Source: Longivirga aurantiaca
GTDB taxonomy: Bacteria > Actinomycetota > Actinomycetes > S36-B12 > CAIYMF01
Length of the DNA stretch: 21,144 bases
Direction: 5' to 3'
NCBI RefSeq assembly: GCF_042660085.1
Contig: NZ_JBHSTI010000052.1
Coordinates: forward strand, 1 to 21,144
Below the pieces are notes generated by a model. The model had not been told where the DNA came from. It saw only the letters and a program-made list of their open reading frames with translations, and searched no databases. Both the position numbers and the translations under genes were made by a program. Shown piece by piece: positions 16,797 to 21,144 of this stretch (within the stretch, counting starts at the first letter, position 1; each line of letters begins with the position of its first letter).

Positions 16797-16912
16797 GGTG
16801 ACACCTCCCCGACCCGTCGGACGTTCGCCGACGGTCGTCGTCACCCTCCACCCTGGACCGGCGCCGTGTCGATGTCCTGCTCGGCGGCGAGGTCGCCTCG
16901 GCGCGGGGACCG

Positions 16913-17278
16913 CTAGTCGGCGTCGGACTGCAGGGCGATGCGGTTGCCCTCGGAGTCCGAGATCTCCGCGACCACGGTGTCGTCGACCGTGGTGGCCGGG
17001 TAGAGCACCTGGGCGCCGGCCTCGACCGCGCGTGCGACGACCGCCTCGACGTCGTCGACCCCGAGGTAGATGCGCGTGCCGTCGACCGACGGCACGTAGC
17101 TCTCGCCCTGCATGAGAGCGCCCGCTGCACCGATCGGGCCGTCGGCCGCGGGGAAGTACGCCGCGTCGTTGCCGTCGACGGTGTCGCGCTCGAGCTCGAC
17201 GAGGAACACGCGCTCGTAGAAGTCGATGGCGCGGTCGAGGTCGGCCACCGGGATCTCGAACCAGCTCGCGCGGACCAT
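16913..17278 (-). CDS. VOC family protein (glyoxalase/bleomycin-resistance-like)
   Basis: 'MVRASWFEIPVADLDRAIDFYERVFLVELE...GTRIYLGVDDVEAVVARAVEAGAQVLYPATTV...AEISDSEGNRIALQ'. The ATG shares one base with the dnaB TGA (TGATG). Confidence 0.9.
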   Translation of the reverse strand: MVRASWFEIPVADLDRAIDFYERVFLVELERDTVDGNDAAYFPAADGPIGAAGALMQGESYVPSVDGTRIYLGVDDVEAVVARAVEAGAQVLYPATTVDDTVVAEISDSEGNRIALQSDAD

Positions 17279-18669
17279 CAGGTCTGCGCCATGTCGACGA
17301 AGCGCGAGTAGTGGCCCTGGAAGGCGACGGTGACCGTCGCGGTCGGGCCGTTGCGGTGCTTGGCCACGATGAAGTCGGCCTCGCCCGCGCGCGGCGACTC
17401 GCGCTCGTACGCGTCCTCGCGGTGCAGCAGGATCACCATGTCGGCATCTTGTTCGATACTGCCCGATTCGCGGAGGTCGCTGACCATGGGGCGCTTGTCG
17501 GTGCGCTGCTCCGGGCCACGGTTGAGCTGGGAGATCGCCACGACCGGCACCTCGAGCTCCTTGGCGAGGAGCTTGAGCGAGCGGGAGAACTCCGAGACCT
17601 CCTGCTGGCGGCTCTCGACCTTCTTGCCCGAGCTCATGAGCTGCAGGTAGTCGATGATCACGAGGCGCAGGTCGTGCCGCTGCTTGAGGCGGCGGCACTT
17701 CGCGCGGATCTCCATCATCGTCATGTTGGGCGAGTCGTCGATGTAGAGCGGCGCCTCGGCCACGGCGCTCATCTTGCGCGCGAGCTTCTGCCAGTCGTTG
17801 TCGCTCATCGAGCCGCCGCGCAGGTTGGACAGCGCGATCTGCGCCTCCGCCGACAGCAGGCGCATCGCGATCTCGTTGCGGCTCATCTCCAGGCTGAAGA
17901 TGGCGCTGGTGAGGCCGTGCTTGATCGACGCCGCCCGCGCGAGGTCGAGGCCGAGCGTGGACTTGCCGATCGCGGGACGCGCGGCGACGACGATCATCTG
18001 GCCGGCGTGCAGCCCGTTGGTGAGGGAGTCGAGGTCGGCGAAACCGGTGGGCACGCCTGCGAGGACACCGCCGCGGTTGGCGATCGCGTCGATCTCCTCG
18101 AGCGTGCCGCCCATGACGTCCTTGAGGACGAGGTAGTCCTCGCTCGTGCGCTTGTCGGTGACGTCGTACACCGCGGCCTGGGCGCGGTCGACGAGCTGGT
18201 CGACGTCGCCGTCACCGGCGTACCCCATCTGCACGATGCGCGTGCCGGCCTCGACGAGGCGGCGCAGCACCGCGCGCTCCTGCACGATGCGCGCGTAGTA
18301 GCCGGCGTTGGCGGCCGTGGGCACCGAGGCGACGAGGGTGTGGAGGTAGGGCGCCCCGCCGACGCGGGCGATCTCCTGGATGCGGGTGAGCTCGGCGGAC
18401 ACCGTGACGGCGTCGGCCGGCTCGCCGCGGCTGTAGAGGTCGAGGATGACGCCGTAGATGATCTGGTGGGCCGGGCGGTAGAAGTCCTGCTCGCGCAGGG
18501 TCTCGACGACGTCGGCGATGGCGTCCTTGCTCAGCAGCATCGCGCCGATGACGGACTGCTCGGCGGCGATGTCCTGCGGCGGCGTGCGGTCGGGACCCTG
18601 GTAGGACCCGCCGTCGTCGTGCCCGGAGCCGTCGCGGGGTGACAGCTCGACGACGCTCACGCTGGACAT
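17278..18669 (-). CDS. dnaB: Replicative DNA helicase DnaB (no intein)
   Basis: 'PPQDIAAEQSVIGAMLLSKDAI...EQDFYRPAHQIIYGVILDLYSRGEPADAVTVSAEL' N-terminal domain; RecA-like core 'VAARPAIGKSTLGLDLARAA', 'LRLVIIDYLQLM', 'VVAISQLNRGPEQRTDKRPMVSDLRESGSIEQDADMVILLHRE'. GTG at 18660 has better spacing (9 nt) from the GGAGG than ATG 18669. Confidence 0.97.
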   Translation of the reverse strand: MSSVSVVELSPRDGSGHDDGGSYQGPDRTPPQDIAAEQSVIGAMLLSKDAIADVVETLREQDFYRPAHQIIYGVILDLYSRGEPADAVTVSAELTRIQEIARVGGAPYLHTLVASVPTAANAGYYARIVQERAVLRRLVEAGTRIVQMGYAGDGDVDQLVDRAQAAVYDVTDKRTSEDYLVLKDVMGGTLEEIDAIANRGGVLAGVPTGFADLDSLTNGLHAGQMIVVAARPAIGKSTLGLDLARAASIKHGLTSAIFSLEMSRNEIAMRLLSAEAQIALSNLRGGSMSDNDWQKLARKMSAVAEAPLYIDDSPNMTMMEIRAKCRRLKQRHDLRLVIIDYLQLMSSGKKVESRQQEVSEFSRSLKLLAKELEVPVVAISQLNRGPEQRTDKRPMVSDLRESGSIEQDADMVILLHREDAYERESPRAGEADFIVAKHRNGPTATVTVAFQGHYSRFVDMAQT

Positions 18670-18823
18670 CCTCCTCGCTCCGGGCCCTGCTCCCGGGGAG
18701 CGGCACGCGCCGCCGACCGGGGGTGCCGGGGACGTCCGGCGACCTCACGCACAGGTCTACGCCGGGGGTCCGACAGGCACCGCAGCGAACCTAGGGCGCG
18801 GAGACCGCCAGACCAAGGCGCCC

Positions 18824-18889
18824 TGTGGACGAAGCTGTGGACAGACCTGGGGAACGCGCCGTGAGGACGGGTGACAAGGGTGTGGACAA
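18824..18889 (-). promoter_or_regulatory. Cluster of three DnaA-box-like 9-mers upstream of dnaB
   Basis: TGTGGACGA (18824-18832), TGTGGACAG (18836-18844) and TGTGGACAA (18881-18889) are the reverse complements of TCGTCCACA, CTGTCCACA and TTGTCCACA. All fit the (T/C)(T/C)(G/A/C)TCCACA consensus described for Streptomyces DnaA boxes. Confidence 0.5.
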
Positions 18890-19104
18890 CTATGGGATAA
18901 CCGACGAGTTCTCCGAGGTTCGAGCCCCTGACCTGCGGCGATGCCGTCCACGCCCTGGGGAGGGAAGAAACTTCAGGACGATGTCCACCTGGTGAACTCC
19001 CCGTGCTGTGCGTGAGCGGGCAGTTGCACAGCGCATCCACCGACTCCGGGCGCCCTCTCCCTGGAACGACACCTCCAGCCTGGCGTACGCCGGCGCCGGG
19101 CGGG

Positions 19105-19142
19105 CGGTCAGACGGCGACCCAGCACCAGGGGTGTCTGACCG
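19105..19142. promoter_or_regulatory. Inverted repeat upstream of the MATE gene, candidate operator
   Basis: CGGTCAGAC (19105-19113) ... 20 nt ... GTCTGACCG (19134-19142): 9-bp perfect arms, ending 39 bp before the GTG start at 19182. Confidence 0.4.
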
Positions 19143-19181
19143 GCACCGGGGGCAGGGACGGCCTCACGGCAGGATGACGGG

Positions 19182-20576
19182 GTGGGCGAGCAGGTGCAGG
19201 ACGACGGCGCCGACCCGGTGCGCCGGACGCCCGGGCCCGGGTCGCTGCGCGAGATCCTCGGCCTCGCCGTCCCCGCCCTCGGCGCACTGGTCGCGCAGCC
19301 GCTCTTCGTCCTCGTCGACGCCGGCATCGTCGGCACCCTCGGCACGCTGCCGCTGGCCGGCCTCGGCGCCGCCGCGACCCTGGTGTCGCTCGTGCTGGGC
19401 CTCTGCATCTTCCTGGCCTACGCCACGACGTCGTCGGTCGCGCGACGCGTGGGGGAGGGGCGGTGGGACGACGCGGTGTCCGAAGGCGTCGAGGGCATGG
19501 CGCTCGGTCTGGGCCTCGGCGTGCTGCTCGCGCTCGGCACGTGGCTCGCGGCCGAGCCGCTCGTGGTGGCGCTCGGCGCGTCGCCCGAGGTGACGCCGTA
19601 CGCCGTGACCTACCTGCACGTGATCGCGTTCGGCTTCCCGGCGGCGCTGGTGGCGATGGCGGGTGTCGGCGTGCTCCGCGGCCTGCAGGACACGCGGACG
19701 ACGCTGCTCGTCACGCTGCTCGCCGTCCTCGTGAACCTCGTGCTGGCGTGGGTGCTCGTGATCGGGCTCGGCTACGGCATCGGCGGATCGGCCGTCGCCA
19801 CCGTGGTCGCCGAGGTGGTGCAGGCGGCGGCGTACGTCGCGGTGGTGGTGCACGTCGCGCGACGGCACGGGGTGCGGATCGCGCCGTCCGGGCTCGGCAT
19901 GCTCGTGGCCGCGCGCACGGGCGGGCCGCTGTTCGTGCGCACCGTCGTCCTGCGCGCGGTGTTCCTCGTCGCGGCCGCGGTGGCTGCGCGCCTCGGCGAC
20001 GCCGAGCTCGCGGCATACCACGTGAGCTTCCAGGTGTGGATCCTGCTCTCGCTCGCCGCCGACGCGCTCGCGATCGCCGGCATGGCGCTGCTCGGCCGCT
20101 ACCTCGGTGCCGGCGACCGGTCGGGGGCGCGGGTCGTCACGGCGCGCCTCGTGCGGCTGGGGGTGGCGATGGGCGTGGTGCTCGCCGCGATCGTGCTGGC
20201 CTCGCTGCCGTGGCTGCCGGCGCTGTTCACCTCGGATCCGCTCGTGCGGTCGCTGATCGCGGCATCGCTCGCGGTGGCGGCGCTGCAGCAGCCGCTGTCG
20301 TCGCCGGTGTTCGTGCTCGACGGCGTCCTCATCGGCGCCGGCGACGGCCGCTGGCTCGCCGGTGCCGGGCTCGTGATGCTGGTGGCGTTCCTGCCGGCGG
20401 CGTGGCTCGTGCTCTCGCGCGACCTCGGTGTGGTCGGGCTCTGGTGGGCGCTGACGTGGTTCATGGTCGTGCGCGGGGTGCTGCTCGCGTGGCGTGCGCG
20501 CGGCGACCGCTGGCTGCGCACGAGCCCGGACGCCGGGGCCACGTCGACCGCGGCGCTCGGCGATGCCGGAGGATGA
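19182..20576 (+). CDS. MATE family efflux transporter (DinF-like)
   Basis: 'SLREILGLAVPALGALVAQPLFVLVDAGIVGTLGTLPLAGLGAAATLVSLVLGLCIFLAYATTSSVARRVGEG...GVLRGLQDTRTTLLVTLLAVLVNLVLAWVLVIGLGYGIGGSAVATVVAEVV' is typical of DinF/MATE. Confidence 0.93.
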   Translation: MGEQVQDDGADPVRRTPGPGSLREILGLAVPALGALVAQPLFVLVDAGIVGTLGTLPLAGLGAAATLVSLVLGLCIFLAYATTSSVARRVGEGRWDDAVSEGVEGMALGLGLGVLLALGTWLAAEPLVVALGASPEVTPYAVTYLHVIAFGFPAALVAMAGVGVLRGLQDTRTTLLVTLLAVLVNLVLAWVLVIGLGYGIGGSAVATVVAEVVQAAAYVAVVVHVARRHGVRIAPSGLGMLVAARTGGPLFVRTVVLRAVFLVAAAVAARLGDAELAAYHVSFQVWILLSLAADALAIAGMALLGRYLGAGDRSGARVVTARLVRLGVAMGVVLAAIVLASLPWLPALFTSDPLVRSLIAASLAVAALQQPLSSPVFVLDGVLIGAGDGRWLAGAGLVMLVAFLPAAWLVLSRDLGVVGLWWALTWFMVVRGVLLAWRARGDRWLRTSPDAGATSTAALGDAGG

Positions 20577-20580
20577 GGAC

Positions 20581-21093
20581 GTGAGCGTTCTTCGGGTGAC
20601 CACCGTCTGCTCCGGCAACATCTGCCGCTCGCCCATCGCGGAGTACGTGCTGCGCCGCGCCCTCGGGGACGCCGGCCTCGGCCACGCGGTCGTCGTCGAC
20701 TCCGCGGGCATCGGCGGGTGGCACACCGGCGACCCGGCAGACCGTCGGGCGCGGCAGGTGCTGCGCGCGCACGGGTACGACGGCGAGCCGCACCGGGCGC
20801 AGCAGATCACGCGGTCGTGGTTCGACGGCGATGCCGGCCCCGACCTGCTGCTCGCGATGGACGCCACGCACCACGACGACCTCGTGCGCCTCGCGCCGCC
20901 GGGCGTCGAGGTCGTCATGATGCGCGCGTTCGATCCCGCGCTGGCCGGCGTACCCCACCCGTCGGACGCGCTGGACGTGCCCGACCCGTACTACGGCGCG
21001 TATGACGGCTTCGAGGACGTGCTCACGATGATCGAGGCGGCGACGCCCGGCACGGTCGACCGCATCCGCGCGCTCCTCGCCGAGCGCGGCTGA
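20581..21093 (+). CDS. Low-molecular-weight protein-tyrosine-phosphatase
   Basis: P-loop 'VCSGNICRSPIAEYVL' (CX5RS) and C-terminal 'DVPDPYYGAYDGFEDVLTMIE' catalytic Asp motif. GTG at 20581 has GGAGG 9 nt upstream and lies 5 nt after the MATE stop. Confidence 0.93.
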   Translation: MSVLRVTTVCSGNICRSPIAEYVLRRALGDAGLGHAVVVDSAGIGGWHTGDPADRRARQVLRAHGYDGEPHRAQQITRSWFDGDAGPDLLLAMDATHHDDLVRLAPPGVEVVMMRAFDPALAGVPHPSDALDVPDPYYGAYDGFEDVLTMIEAATPGTVDRIRALLAERG

Positions 21094-21102
21094 CCGGCGT
21101 AC

Positions 21103-21144
21103 CACTCGCGAATCTGCCCCCGGTTTCGTCGCTACTTCACGACG
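21103..21144. repeat. Left arm and loop of a probable hairpin truncated by the window edge
   Basis: CTCGCGAATCTGCCCCGGTTTCGTCG-CTACTTCA-CGACG|: CGTCG (21127-21131) and CGACG (21140-21144) already pair around an 8-nt loop exactly at the window end. Confidence 0.4.

Noticed and set aside
17278-18669. Possible intein in DnaB
   Set aside because: DnaB is a frequent intein host, but the conserved motifs here are contiguous and the length (~460 aa) is normal, so no intein is present.
18914-18930. tRNA T-arm-like stretch CGAGGTTCGAGCCCCTG
   Set aside because: The T-loop consensus is present but the putative T-stem has a mismatch, and there is no matching acceptor, D-arm or anticodon arm upstream. 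It is probably chance.
1-21144. CRISPR array, transposase/IS element, defence or toxin-antitoxin module, biosynthetic cluster
   Set aside because: I saw no regularly spaced repeats, recombinase or nuclease motifs, or clustered accessory genes. The content is consistent with ordinary chromosomal genes.

Overview
This window comes from a high-GC actinobacterial chromosome, and most of it is ordinary core or metabolic content. Left to right: the 3' end of a secreted FlgD-like repeat protein; a divergent pair of MFS transporters, each fused to a C-terminal cyclic-nucleotide-binding-like domain; a minus-strand cydABDC cluster (cytochrome bd oxidase plus CydDC ABC exporter); an EamA/DMT transporter; a P-loop uridine-kinase-like protein; a membrane GGDEF diguanylate cyclase; a small membrane protein; an AEC permease; an AIM24-family protein; a DUF7144-like membrane protein; a VOC/glyoxalase protein; dnaB; a MATE exporter; and a low-molecular-weight protein-tyrosine phosphatase. 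I found no CRISPR array, transposase, rRNA/tRNA, phage module or recognisable defence or biosynthetic island. The observations most worth a second look are: (1) a 62-bp almost perfect palindrome between cydD and cydC; (2) an apparent second hairpin cut by the right window edge, which gives a testable sequence prediction; (3) a start-less fragment matching the C-terminus of MprF/LysX-type lysylphosphatidylglycerol synthases, missing from the ORF track; (4) three co-oriented Streptomyces-type DnaA-box matches upstream of dnaB; and (5) the divergent MFS-cNBD fusion pair. I see no convincing new multi-gene system. The long ORFs opposite cydABDC look like high-GC shadow frames.
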